From Candidatus Brockarchaeota archaeon (lineage in GTDB: Archaea > Thermoproteota > EX4484-205 > JAAOZP01), in the NCBI GenBank assembly GCA_017601395.1, contig JAFNIQ010000002.1, positions 6,990-70,989 of the forward strand: DNA of 64,000 nucleotides. The letters are read 5' to 3'. Under the pieces are notes generated by a model. The model saw nothing but the letters and a program-made list of their open reading frames with translations. It did no database searches and was not told the DNA's origin. The position numbers and the translations under genes were made by a program. This document shows, piece by piece, positions 19,504 to 29,733 of this stretch; within the stretch, counting starts at the first letter, position 1; the number at the start of each line of letters is the position of its first letter.

Positions 19504-20079
19504 ATGCGGGAAGACTATGCCTGGAACAGCATAATCCGGGAGGCGTATGCTGCCTCTAGGGAACTAGGGGTTCCGACGATAAGCATGGATGATGGCCGTG
19601 TGCTTTACTCAACATCTTTCCTGACGGCCCTACGGTTTGGAAGGCTAAAAGCCATGGACGCTGGTGCAGGCACAGGGTTTTCAACAATATGGATTTCTAG
19701 AGCTATTTTAGAAGCAGGGGTTGACGGCAATGTCTACGCGGTTGAGAAGATTATTCAAAGATTTAAGAGTCTTAAAAATCTTGTAGTTAAGCATCACTTG
19801 GAGAACTTGATCACGCCAGTTAACGGCGATGCATTTGATCATGTTGGGAAAGTTGAAGAGCTGAACTTAGTCTTCATAGATATTGAGAAGGAGCACTACT
19901 TACAGTTTTTCCGTCTGGTTGAGAGTAGGATCCCCAGCGGCGGGGTGGTGCTTGCGCATAACGTCAGACATCCCTACGGCACTGTGGATGCTTTTCTAAA
20001 CGAAGTCTCTGGGAGGGTGTGGAGAACCATTATAGTGCCCACTCAGGAAGGGGTCTCTATAAGCATTAAGACTGGCTAG
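19504..20079 (+). CDS. class I SAM-dependent methyltransferase (O-methyltransferase family 3-like)
   Basis: Motif I AMDAGAGTGFST, and a downstream acidic D/E (LVFIDIEKE) as in caffeoyl-CoA OMT-like enzymes. Confidence 0.6.
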   Translation: MREDYAWNSIIREAYAASRELGVPTISMDDGRVLYSTSFLTALRFGRLKAMDAGAGTGFSTIWISRAILEAGVDGNVYAVEKIIQRFKSLKNLVVKHHLENLITPVNGDAFDHVGKVEELNLVFIDIEKEHYLQFFRLVESRIPSGGVVLAHNVRHPYGTVDAFLNEVSGRVWRTIIVPTQEGVSISIKTG

Positions 20080-20962
20080 CACTTATAGGCTTTTTAGAAG
20101 ATTCCCTAACGCTTTCCTCTATAGCCTTAATAACAGCTACTGGCTCAAGCATTTCTCCTTCAGAAAGTATCCACTGTTTCCTGTCAAGCATCTCCTTAAT
20201 CTTGATCATTCCCTTCTTATAACAGTCCTTGGAGTCAACCTTGGTTGAGAAATGGGTTTTCTTAGTTAGACCTTCAACCGAGAAAACATATGGTATTTCT
20301 GGAGAGATTTTTATAGTCCCAATCAGTTTCTCATGGACGAGTGTTGCAACAATGCTTTTACCCTTCGCAACAGCGTGTACTTCCTTCACTCCTGTTCCCG
20401 CAACCTCGTTAAAAATCTCTGCACAATGGATCCCGTAGAAGATCAATCCACCGTACTCGCTTTCAAGGTCTCCTGGTCCAAGGACGCTTAGGAAAACCGG
20501 TTCCTCATTCTTTAAAATTCCTTTCAGCTCTTGCACGGTATCCGTAAACCTCAACGTCGAAAAGCTCATTAAAAGGGTTTGTCTCTCCTTTGCTAGCTGG
20601 ATGATCTTTTTAGCGTCTGCAACCGTGGCTGCTAAAGGCTTATCCACGAAAACCGGTGTCCCGCTTTCTATGAAGGGCTTCGCATATTCTAGATGGAGCC
20701 CACCGTGTCTAAAAACCACGAACGCAATGTCAATTTTCCCAATCATCTCGTTTACGTCTGAAACAATATTTTCAATACCGCCTTTCTCCGCGACCTCCCT
20801 GTTTCTTTTTTCGTCGAACCCGAAGATGTGGGTTGCTTTGAAACCCGGTACGTAATTTTCCCTGTCTATGCCGTTCGCAATCTGTGAGAAAGTAATTGCG
20901 TGAGAATTATCTGAGCCGACTATCCCTATTCTGTAAACCATGTGAGCGGGCGAGTGAAACAA
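20066..20962 (-). CDS. Gfo/Idh/MocA family oxidoreductase. The probable true start is MVYRIGIVG.
   Basis: RIGIVGSDNSHA Rossmann motif and the VFVDKPLA (EKP-like) motif. Confidence 0.8.
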   Translation of the reverse strand: MFHSPAHMVYRIGIVGSDNSHAITFSQIANGIDRENYVPGFKATHIFGFDEKRNREVAEKGGIENIVSDVNEMIGKIDIAFVVFRHGGLHLEYAKPFIESGTPVFVDKPLAATVADAKKIIQLAKERQTLLMSFSTLRFTDTVQELKGILKNEEPVFLSVLGPGDLESEYGGLIFYGIHCAEIFNEVAGTGVKEVHAVAKGKSIVATLVHEKLIGTIKISPEIPYVFSVEGLTKKTHFSTKVDSKDCYKKGMIKIKEMLDRKQWILSEGEMLEPVAVIKAIEESVRESSKKPISASQS

Positions 20963-20981
20963 CTTTATAAGTTTTTCACAT

Positions 20982-21416
20982 TCACTGTTTTTTCAGCCTG
21001 AACAGGAAGTGGCAGCACTCATCTCCTCTCATTAAAAGCTTGTCCCTAACCAGTTCTATCCCATGGTTAAATCCTTTTACAACATAATGATCTCCACTGC
21101 AGATTAGTTTTTCCCCGATGTCTGCTGCGTTAAATTTTTTAAAGATTTCAGCGTGGATGCACTTCTTAACGATGACTTCCAAGGCCTCTTCGCTTTCCTC
21201 CAAGACTTCAAACTCATGGGCCTCCTTGCTGAACAGAACCAAGAAATGTCTTGGAGACTTATCCTTAGCCTCTAGGCCTCGCTTCCTCCATTCTTCCTCG
21301 ATCCTCATATTCCTCCAGTCTAATAGAACGTCAAGCGCCTCCTTCCCAAACTCCTTCTCAAGAATCCGGCTCATCATGATTAAAGAAAAATCTCTATAAT
21401 ACCGTAATTCGCTCAT
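20982..21416 (-). CDS. hypothetical protein, possibly ATC-hydrolase-like (PF14196)
   Basis: 144 aa. The C-terminal CSGDHYVVKGFNHGIELVRDKLLMRGDECCHF has a Cys/His cluster. The family assignment is weak. Confidence 0.35.
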   Translation of the reverse strand: MSELRYYRDFSLIMMSRILEKEFGKEALDVLLDWRNMRIEEEWRKRGLEAKDKSPRHFLVLFSKEAHEFEVLEESEEALEVIVKKCIHAEIFKKFNAADIGEKLICSGDHYVVKGFNHGIELVRDKLLMRGDECCHFLFRLKKQ

Positions 21417-21598
21417 TTTTGATCCTAAATGGTTCTTTTCACTATTAAATCTTTCTGGTGGAACATGAATTCCATGTAATCTTTTTTAGGAATGGCTTCA
21501 TGCTTGGTTACTAGTGAGGCTCGCTTCTTCAACCCCTTTCCCTCTCATAGTTCTGCAGAAAGAATAAATAGCCTCTCCTTCGCTATGGACACGGATTC

Positions 21599-22333
21599 AT
21601 GATGGGAGCTGGAAGCATAGTTGTAGTCAGAAACCTTGTTAAACGCTTCGGGGATCTGACGGCTGTCGACGGGGTTTCTTTAAAAATTGAGGAGGGTGAA
21701 GTATTCGGGTTAATAGGCCCTAACGGTGCTGGCAAGACCACCATTCTAAGAATAATGGCGACGCTCCTCCTGCCGACAAGCGGCTATGTCAACATACTTG
21801 GGTATGACGCTGTTAAGGAGGCCGGTAGGATTAGGCCTTACATCTCATACTTGGCTGAGGACGCTGGTACATATAGAAATCTGAGTGGCCGCGAATATCT
21901 ATATATAGTAGCAAGAATATACTTTGATTCGAATACTGAGGCGTCGAGGGCTGTTGAGGAGGCGGTTAGAATCTCTGGGCTGGGTGAGAGGGTGTATGAT
22001 AAGATGAAGACTTACAGCAAGGGTATGAAGAGGCGGCTCCAGATCGCGAGGGCATTGATGACGAGGCCGAAGCTAGCGATTTTAGACGAGCCTACTGCAG
22101 GTCTAGACGTTTTTCACGCGAAACACATAAGGGAGGTTGTAATCAGGCATGTCAAAGAGGGTGGAACAGTGGTTCTTTCAAGCCACAACATGCTTGAGGT
22201 AGAATATCTGTGTACTAGAGTTGCTTTCATACATCGTGGCCACGTTCTTTTTGAAGGAGAGCCGAAGGCGATTATAAATGAACTGGGGGTTTCGAATCTT
22301 GAAGAGGCCTTTATCGAGGTGGTCGGTAGATGA
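21599..22333 (+). CDS. ABC transporter ATP-binding protein (ABC-2 type)
   Basis: Walker A GPNGAGKTT, signature YSKGMKRRLQIA, Walker B AILDEPTAGLD, and an H-loop SSH. Confidence 0.9.
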   Translation: MMGAGSIVVVRNLVKRFGDLTAVDGVSLKIEEGEVFGLIGPNGAGKTTILRIMATLLLPTSGYVNILGYDAVKEAGRIRPYISYLAEDAGTYRNLSGREYLYIVARIYFDSNTEASRAVEEAVRISGLGERVYDKMKTYSKGMKRRLQIARALMTRPKLAILDEPTAGLDVFHAKHIREVVIRHVKEGGTVVLSSHNMLEVEYLCTRVAFIHRGHVLFEGEPKAIINELGVSNLEEAFIEVVGR

Positions 22334-23670
22334 GGAAGCTTTTTTCACTGGTCGAGAAGGAGGTTAAGGATCTTCTAAGAGACCCTAGGATATACATAGG
22401 CCTCGTAGTGCCAGTGGTATTGATGCCGCTACTGGGTTTTCTAATGTCAACCTCAATGGGCAGCTCTATTGAAGCCGGTGTCGAGAGGTTGAAAATAGCT
22501 GTGCTTGACTGTGATAAGACTGCGTTAAGCAACGCTCTCCTAAACCTGTCTATGAGCTTGGGTGCGGATGTTAAGATGGTTGATGCTGCTGACTTGGATA
22601 CTGCAGTCGGGGAAGCGAGAAAGCTCGGTTCAAACGCCTTGCTGGTTATAAGAAAAGGGTTTGAGAATGATCTTGTTAACTTCAGGAAGGCAAGTGTTGA
22701 ATTATACGTTGTAATGGAGAGCATGAGCCTAGGCTCAATAGGAGCGTACACGGCTGTCGAAGGAGTACTGGCTTTATCTTCGAAGTTTTTCAGCAACATG
22801 TTGATATCGAAGCTTAACCCAAGCATTTCTCCTGATGTTGTTCGAGACCCCTTCAACATTTCAACGCGTTCAATACTTAAGGATAAAATAATTGAAGTTC
22901 CTCCTCAAGTGCTTTTCAACCAGCTCCTAATGGGATACAGCATTATGATTCCGCTTCTGCTTTTAATGCTGTCGATTACTGTTGTCCAGTTTGCCGCTAC
23001 TGCAACTGCGGTTGAGAATGAGGAGAAAACCTTGGAAACGCTCTTGACCTTTCCAGTGACGCGTTACGATATTCTGCTGGCAAAGCTGCTGGGCTCATCC
23101 ATCTTAGCTGTTATTGGAAGCATCCTGTTTACGGGCGGGTTCATCCTGTACTTTAACAACATGCTTTCCCTGTCTGGCTTCAATTTTCCCGTGGAGGATG
23201 TTTCCCAACTGCTTCCTCAGCCACCGCCTGAGAGCTTAATACTTCTCACGGTCAGCCTGCTGCTTGCAATACTTTTCGTAACGTCTCTTGGCGTGGCGAT
23301 TGGAGCGTTAAGCAGCGATGTCAGGATGGCGAACTCTCTCCTCGGAGTAGTAATAGTCCCAATAATGATTCCCTCCTTCCTGATGATGTATGGGGACCTC
23401 GACACGCTGCCTTTAGCTCTTCAGCTTCTAGTATATGCCTTGCCAACATCCTACCCCATAATGATAGCTAAAGACATGACGATGACGCCAATATCCTTTG
23501 AAACTATAATCGGAATACCGTATTCAGCCGCCCTAACGGTTCTAGTCCTCTACGCTACAAGCATGCTGCTGGCGCCGGAGAAGCTCTTAACGATTCAATA
23601 TGGGCTGAGGCTCAGGGGTGCAAGGAGACGGCAGATCAAGGAGCTTGACAACCAGTCTACATTAGGCTGA
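22330..23670 (+). CDS. ABC-2 family transporter permease
   Basis: It overlaps the ATPase stop by 4 nt (ATGA). 446 aa, with an N-terminal TM helix, a large extracytoplasmic loop and a C-terminal multi-TM bundle typical of ABC-2 permeases. Confidence 0.75.
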   Translation: MRKLFSLVEKEVKDLLRDPRIYIGLVVPVVLMPLLGFLMSTSMGSSIEAGVERLKIAVLDCDKTALSNALLNLSMSLGADVKMVDAADLDTAVGEARKLGSNALLVIRKGFENDLVNFRKASVELYVVMESMSLGSIGAYTAVEGVLALSSKFFSNMLISKLNPSISPDVVRDPFNISTRSILKDKIIEVPPQVLFNQLLMGYSIMIPLLLLMLSITVVQFAATATAVENEEKTLETLLTFPVTRYDILLAKLLGSSILAVIGSILFTGGFILYFNNMLSLSGFNFPVEDVSQLLPQPPPESLILLTVSLLLAILFVTSLGVAIGALSSDVRMANSLLGVVIVPIMIPSFLMMYGDLDTLPLALQLLVYALPTSYPIMIAKDMTMTPISFETIIGIPYSAALTVLVLYATSMLLAPEKLLTIQYGLRLRGARRRQIKELDNQSTLG

Positions 23671-23932
23671 TCCAGCCCTCCTTCCTCCAGCATTTTTCTA
23701 CAATATGATGTGAATCAACACTATAATTTTTCACGTTACCAGATAATCTTAAATTAGTATGAGCAACACACTCCTTATGGGGAAACCAAGTTCAAGGCTT
23801 AAGCTACAACAGACACCGCGTGCATTCGTATGCTTAAAGCATGCTAAATACTCATCCCCATGAGAACCTCGTCTCCTGTTGTCTTCAACAACCGTATTAA
23901 AACATCTCGGCTCTAATCGTCTATATGACTAC

Positions 23933-25147
23933 TCAGGATCCCGGTAATCCTTTCTCCATCTTCTGTTCTAACTCGTCCCAGAGATAAGTGATCTTTTCAC
24001 GTTTTCCAAGGGCTACTTCAATGGCCTGCTGTATATCCGGATCGTATGCTGGACAATAATCTACAAAGATCCCCTTGTCTCTATATTCTTGGAGACACCT
24101 GCCTATAATAATGTTTATACGCCCGTCTAAAGGCTTAGCACCCCTACCGATAACAATCGCCATTTTAGGGCCTTTCGCAATCTGTCTTATGCCAACCTTT
24201 TTTATAGCTATGGATAGTTTTTTCTCGCAGCCTGAGCACACATTCCCTTGGACTAGCTTAACGTTCCTAGCCTGCTTAAGAAGTCGTGCGGGTTTTGCAA
24301 GAGGCATTACAAAAATTTTCCTCGAAGCTTTTCCCTCTTTAACGAGCTGCTCAAGCGTTATTCCCACCAGCTCTATTTTCTTTGGATCTATCTCTCCCAA
24401 TCCGAGCTCGTGGGCGTAGCGAATATGCTCGATGCTCATCGGGTTAAAACCCATTCTAAAACAGGCTATAGCGTCTGTGGCAACAGGATCGTCGCCGGCT
24501 ATTATAAGCCCCAGGGGGGAAGCCTCATTATAGCCGACTCCTATTAAACCGTCTATAATGGTTAATCTCACTCGTAGGATCCTGTTTAGTTCTGCAAGCG
24601 TCCAATTCAGGCTGTTAAGATGACCGAGCCGCCGTTGAGTGGGTCCTATAACACCCCACATGTTTTTCAACCCCAGCGTAACATTGCATAATCCATGGTG
24701 CTTCATGACCGGAAGACTAACTATGAGGTCGGCATCCATTACTGTTTTAGCGATTCTTAACGTAGGGCAGCCTTTCGCATCCGGAACCTCCACGGTTACC
24801 TGTTCATCCCTACGGAAATCAACAAACCTCGCTCCAGCTCTCTCGGCGACTTCTCTTATCCGCATTTTTTCAAAGACTTCGCTGGATATTGTTCCGACAA
24901 GAGGGTTCTCGCCAACGATAACGTTGCATCCAATATCCGTAAATATTTTAGAGACAGCGTAAATTATACGGGGGTCGGTGGCTTCAACATCTGTAACGTT
25001 TAAAATATTGGGTTTCACAACCACCTTGTCACCATGTCTTGCAAATGCCTCTGGGCCTCCTAATAGTTCTATGCTGTGCTTCACACCGCTGAAAACATCT
25101 TCGTCAAAACATTTTCGCGGAACCTTTACAACGGAAACTTTTGCCAA
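23933..25147 (-). CDS. DUF362 domain-containing protein
   Basis: N-terminal KVSVVKVPR...VVVKPNI, which is the characteristic start of DUF362 proteins, and a C-terminal CxxC (CSGCEKK). Confidence 0.6.
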   Translation of the reverse strand: MAKVSVVKVPRKCFDEDVFSGVKHSIELLGGPEAFARHGDKVVVKPNILNVTDVEATDPRIIYAVSKIFTDIGCNVIVGENPLVGTISSEVFEKMRIREVAERAGARFVDFRRDEQVTVEVPDAKGCPTLRIAKTVMDADLIVSLPVMKHHGLCNVTLGLKNMWGVIGPTQRRLGHLNSLNWTLAELNRILRVRLTIIDGLIGVGYNEASPLGLIIAGDDPVATDAIACFRMGFNPMSIEHIRYAHELGLGEIDPKKIELVGITLEQLVKEGKASRKIFVMPLAKPARLLKQARNVKLVQGNVCSGCEKKLSIAIKKVGIRQIAKGPKMAIVIGRGAKPLDGRINIIIGRCLQEYRDKGIFVDYCPAYDPDIQQAIEVALGKREKITYLWDELEQKMEKGLPGS

Positions 25148-25464
25148 TGTTCACACTGTTAAACAGAGCTTTTGTAAGCATTATTTAAGATTTGTTAATA
25201 CTTCAAGTAAGCCTTAATACTGGGGTTAGCGGGTTTTAATGAGGGTTTTAATGAAAAACTGCCCGGGTGTACCGCCATCCTGTGAAGGAAGAGGATTTCT
25301 CTATTTCCTTCGCATATCCCTCTGAATTCGGCTCTATCGGCAGCTCTTAGATAACAGGGAGGAAACGACTTATGATGAGACACCGGTCGCTGATTTAAAA
25401 TTCGGAGAATATGTTTTTCCAGATCTGTCAGGCAGAAGGCTGCTAAGAGCGTTTTCTACTTTAA

Positions 25465-26128
25465 GATGATGGAGTATCACCCCTCCTTCGTAAAGAGGGA
25501 AATCGTTTTCTCAAACGTTGGGGTTGAAGCTACTGAGCTGTTCGGCCAGTGTCCGAACGGAGGCTTCTTCTAGACGATTATTCTTGAAGCCAGTTGCAAG
25601 CATTAGGGTGAAGTGGAATAAATGGTTCAACTCTCTACCCGCATCGGTTTCGAAGCAGAGGCTGATAGAAAGGCGTACTATAAATGCTGGTGGATTGTGA
25701 GGCTAAACTACTATAGGCATCCACGTTTGGGAAAAAACCGTTCTGGAGGCTCTGCCGGTTTACCGCGGCTACTGGCAATGGTCTCTCCATGCTGTCGAGT
25801 GGCATTCGACGCTCAACCCGGAAACAGGACCTGGCTTTGTCAAAAACCTTCTAAACTCATTTCTCAAACACCGGAGGGAAGACGGTTATGTTACGCACGC
25901 GACTGCCTAAGCGAGAAAACTCCGGGTGAAACATTGAGTAGGAGAAGCATTATTCAGACTCCCCACATCCCGTGGGTCGCGCTGAGACACTACCATGATA
26001 CGAAAGATCTCGAAAGCATTAAAGCATGGTATCCTAGGCTGGTGAAGTACTACAACTATCTCAACGAGTCTCGGGATGCTAGGCTACATAGGCTTTCAAT
26101 ATTTTTACAGTTGTGTTTCAACGATTAG
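25465..26128 (+). pseudogene. glycoside hydrolase pseudogene ((alpha/alpha)6-barrel GH63/GH15/GH37-like), with multiple frameshifts and in-frame stops
   Basis: Frame 0 fragment GIHVWEKTVLEALPVYRGYWQWSLHAVEWHSTLNPETGPGFVKNLLNSFLKHRREDGYVTH. It continues in frame 2 with TPHIPWVALRHYHDTKDLESIKAWYPRLVKYYNYLNESRD. Both are classic (alpha/alpha)6 GH motifs split across frames. Upstream pieces are in a third frame. Confidence 0.5.
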
Positions 26129-28380
26129 GAAAAACATTTATGCCCAACCATTCGTCTAAAAGCATGGTTTTCCCGGGCGAGGAGAAGGCGGATTACGGCC
26201 TAACTCTAAGCAACGATAAGGTTGAAGTAGTGTTCAGTCTTGAAAGCGGGGGGATAAGGCAGATCATGAACAAAAAGGTTTCAACCACTTATCTGAAGCA
26301 TTCCTCTGACCGGCTTGTTTACATTTGGCTCCTCCAGAAGGGAAAGAAGTCTCCAGTTTACGCTAATGATGACGAGCCATTCAGGGCTGTCTCATCGGGG
26401 CCTGAGACCTTGAAGGATATCCGTTTGAGCAAGGATGGTTCACGCTCTTCCATCGAGATTCTTCACAGGATTGAATCGGTGGATGTTAAATGCAGGTTTA
26501 TGCTTGAAGACGAAAGCCCGCTTCTAACCTGTGATGTTGAAGTAGACAATACTCAGAATCCAGACTGCTCAGAGGATGTTGTCGGAGTAGGTTTCCCACA
26601 GTTGAAAGGAGTATGTATAGGTAATAATAGTGAGGACGATATACTAGTTAGGCCAAACCGTTTCGGAGAGAAAATCAAGGATCCGGTTGGAAAATGCGGA
26701 ACCTATCCTAGAACGTTGCTTTATGGCGGTTTTGCCTCAATGATGTGGATGGATATTTACGACGAGAAAGCGGGGCTCTATATTGCTAGTTACGATAAGG
26801 AGCTAATACTTACCGCTTTAGAATCAATCCCAGACTGCTCTAGAAGGACAATAAGCCTCGGTATGAGGAAGTATGCTTATGTCCCTGTCGGAAGCTCTTG
26901 GAGGTCAAGCCCCTTTGTAATCGGGGTGCATGAGGGGGACTGGCACTGGGCTGCCGACAGGTATAGGGAGTGGGCTGAGTCTTGGATGGTGAAGCCCAAT
27001 ATTCCTGAAAAGCTGAAATGGAGCGACGGGTGGTATGGTGTCCACTTTAAAGCTGGGGGAGAGATAAAGTTCAGCTTCAAGGATATTAAAGACCTTTTTG
27101 AGGACGCGGAGTATCTTGGTCTAAACCATGTTCAGTTGTGGGGCCAGATGGTTGGAGATGGTTGTTGCTACAGGTTCTACTATCCGGATCCGAGACTAGG
27201 AACAGTTGAAGAGCTTAAGCAAGCGATAGCCATGGTCAAAAGTAAGGGCGGTATAATAGGCTTCTACTTTAACATTCAAGCATTCTCACCCTACGTGAGA
27301 GAGTATCTTCGTGCAAGAGGCATCAGGATTCCAGAATCCGAAGAGATTCCGGACTGGATGGGCGAGTTCAGAAATTATGCTCAAACAAACTTCGACGGGT
27401 CGGCGACTGTGCAGTATCCTGGAAGAGAGTTTGAAAACGACGGTTTCAGGATAATGTGCACGTATTCTGAGGGCTGGCAGAAATACTTGGTCCATTGGAT
27501 TGTAGAGAAATACTTGAAGGAGTATGGTGCCGACTTCGCCTATGTCGATCAAACTTTTTCCCCGCCGGTTTCCTACTGTTTCAACCTTGCTCACGGCCAC
27601 AAGCATCACGGGTGTTCAGTCCAGGGAAGAGTTAAAACGATACAGAAGCTCTCTGAGGAGGGTAGGAAGCTTACCCGAGATTTTTCACTGTGTATCGAAG
27701 GAAATGGGGACTCCGTAGGGCAATATTGCAGTCTTCACCTTTACACTAGTTTCTCAAGCCAGACGATGCATCCTGCTCCAGAAGTTTTCGCATACACTTT
27801 CCCCGAGTATATTATAATAGACGGTTTTGCCAACCCGCCGGTCGAATGGATAGGCAAATGCTACTATCCAGATATGGATGGTGAAGTGGGCTTGGACGAC
27901 CTTCTCAACAGGGTCTACCTGCTCGGGTTCAGGTTTGACGTAACACCGCTCCCGCTTGGGTCGAGGATTAAGAGAGGCGAGCCATTAACTGAGCATATAA
28001 GAAGATTGATAGCTCTCAGGAGGAGGGTTAAGCAGCTGCAGTATGATTCAAGGTTCATGGACAGCCTGGGAGTAAAATGGTACTCTGAGAAAGTTATTGC
28101 AAAGGTGTTTAAGGGCTTGGATGGAAGAAGCTTGTTGATAAACCTTATTGACTATAGGTCTGAGAAAAAGAGTTTTCTAATAGAGGTTGATTCTGAGTTC
28201 TATAGTCTCAATGGTGAAGTAGCATGTAGACTCTACGCGGTTGACGGTCAGGAGGCTAATCTACGTGTTAAACTGGTTCAAGGGAAGCTGCTGGTTGAAA
28301 TCCCGCCTTTCAACGGTAAGGTTGCAAGCATCATTCTGAAAAATATTCAACAGGCGTCAGCGGTAAACAGCTTGCCTTAA
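26113..28380 (+). CDS. putative glycoside hydrolase with a beta-sandwich plus TIM-barrel architecture, family unassigned
   Basis: 755 aa. The central region LGLNHVQLWGQMVGDGCCYRFYYPDPRLGTVEELKQAIAMVKSKGGIIGFYFN and ADFAYVDQ resemble GH TIM-barrel cores. No secure family call is possible. Confidence 0.4.
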   Translation: MFQRLGKTFMPNHSSKSMVFPGEEKADYGLTLSNDKVEVVFSLESGGIRQIMNKKVSTTYLKHSSDRLVYIWLLQKGKKSPVYANDDEPFRAVSSGPETLKDIRLSKDGSRSSIEILHRIESVDVKCRFMLEDESPLLTCDVEVDNTQNPDCSEDVVGVGFPQLKGVCIGNNSEDDILVRPNRFGEKIKDPVGKCGTYPRTLLYGGFASMMWMDIYDEKAGLYIASYDKELILTALESIPDCSRRTISLGMRKYAYVPVGSSWRSSPFVIGVHEGDWHWAADRYREWAESWMVKPNIPEKLKWSDGWYGVHFKAGGEIKFSFKDIKDLFEDAEYLGLNHVQLWGQMVGDGCCYRFYYPDPRLGTVEELKQAIAMVKSKGGIIGFYFNIQAFSPYVREYLRARGIRIPESEEIPDWMGEFRNYAQTNFDGSATVQYPGREFENDGFRIMCTYSEGWQKYLVHWIVEKYLKEYGADFAYVDQTFSPPVSYCFNLAHGHKHHGCSVQGRVKTIQKLSEEGRKLTRDFSLCIEGNGDSVGQYCSLHLYTSFSSQTMHPAPEVFAYTFPEYIIIDGFANPPVEWIGKCYYPDMDGEVGLDDLLNRVYLLGFRFDVTPLPLGSRIKRGEPLTEHIRRLIALRRRVKQLQYDSRFMDSLGVKWYSEKVIAKVFKGLDGRSLLINLIDYRSEKKSFLIEVDSEFYSLNGEVACRLYAVDGQEANLRVKLVQGKLLVEIPPFNGKVASIILKNIQQASAVNSLP

Positions 28381-29714
28381 GCATATTCGCTTACCTTATG
28401 TATGCCGAGACGGTTTGCAACATTTCTAATAGCGTCATCCATGTTAATATACTTGAACTCTGCGAACCTTCCGATTAGTTCCACACCTATCTCGTTGAAG
28501 AAGGCTCTTATTCTCTCCATGCATTCTTGGTAATTCGAATCAAGAATGGGGTATGCATACTTGTGTTGAAAAACATTCCTGTAGACAACCTTGTTCTTAG
28601 AAATAATCTTAAGCTTATCAAGCTCCTCAATCACCATGCTTGCAACTTCGTCGCAACTCGTCCTAAGGAGACGGTCATCCGGCTTGACGGTTATCTCTGC
28701 GAGGATAGACGACTTTCCCTCCGGAGCGTTTTCCGGGCTAAAGTTAGAGGGAAAGCTAACCCTGTGTGGATGAATATTCCTATCGGGAATATACAGCCAG
28801 CTTAAACCCTTAACATTAAGCTCTTCCAACCCTATTGCAACCGTCACAAGAGAGTTAAACCTTAACCTCTCGACATTACTCTTCACGTACCGAGGAGCGT
28901 TGAATACTCTAACGGCATCGTGTAAAGGAATTGTAGAGACGATTCTGTCGAAAACTTTCTCTACATGCCCGTTTGAAACAACCCATTCTCCAGACTCGTT
29001 TTCAGCATTCTTTGCTTCAAAGCCTGTTACCACGTGTTCCTGCACACTACTCTTCAAAGATTCTATGAGCGCCTGAATTCCCCCCTTCCTCGGGTAGTGG
29101 AAGAAAAGCTGGTGGACATATCCCTCTGAACCAATTCCAAGAGAAGCCTTGACAACATCCAACACCTTAGGATTAGGAATCCTACCTATAAAACCGAGAG
29201 ACATGTCTTCTATGCTCATCTTCCAGATTTTCTCATTATAAGGGATCAAGTACTTCTCGGAGATAGCGCTTCCGAGAGAATTGTAAAAGAACTCTCTGAG
29301 ATTCCCCGGTTCGCGTTTTCTCCATATTCTGGCATAGAGAAAATGAAGGAGGCATGAAAGGTTTTCGAGAAATGGCAGGTCGGACAAACCGTTTTCAAAA
29401 GGGTATTTCACAAGCCTACCCTTATAGAGGATCGCGGTATTTCTCCTATTCTCAATCCTGTTGCCCCTTAAAAGGCTAAGCATGAAGCTTAGAACGTCGG
29501 TGTCCTTCGAGAAAATTATATGTGAACCGCCAATGTCGAAAGTAAACCCTTCTTCAACAATGCTCCTCATCAAACCCCCGGGAACACTGTTTTTTTCCAG
29601 CACGGTAACGTCGAAACCCATTCGAGAAGAAAAGTAAGCATAAGCAATTCCGGAGAGCCCGCCGCCTAAAACACCAACTCTAGTAGCCTCGTGTTTAACA
29701 GCCTTAACGCTCAT
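28377..29714 (-). CDS. FAD-dependent oxidoreductase, UDP-galactopyranose mutase-like (amine oxidase fold)
   Basis: N-terminal VGVLGGGLSGIAYAY..LEKNSVPGG FAD motif. The C-terminal GRFAEFKYINMDDAI resembles the Glf C-terminal motif (GRLGTYRYLDMD). Confidence 0.5.
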   Translation of the reverse strand: MSVKAVKHEATRVGVLGGGLSGIAYAYFSSRMGFDVTVLEKNSVPGGLMRSIVEEGFTFDIGGSHIIFSKDTDVLSFMLSLLRGNRIENRRNTAILYKGRLVKYPFENGLSDLPFLENLSCLLHFLYARIWRKREPGNLREFFYNSLGSAISEKYLIPYNEKIWKMSIEDMSLGFIGRIPNPKVLDVVKASLGIGSEGYVHQLFFHYPRKGGIQALIESLKSSVQEHVVTGFEAKNAENESGEWVVSNGHVEKVFDRIVSTIPLHDAVRVFNAPRYVKSNVERLRFNSLVTVAIGLEELNVKGLSWLYIPDRNIHPHRVSFPSNFSPENAPEGKSSILAEITVKPDDRLLRTSCDEVASMVIEELDKLKIISKNKVVYRNVFQHKYAYPILDSNYQECMERIRAFFNEIGVELIGRFAEFKYINMDDAIRNVANRLGIHKVSEYA

Positions 29715-29733
29715 GTCCTTTCATCATTTCTCG

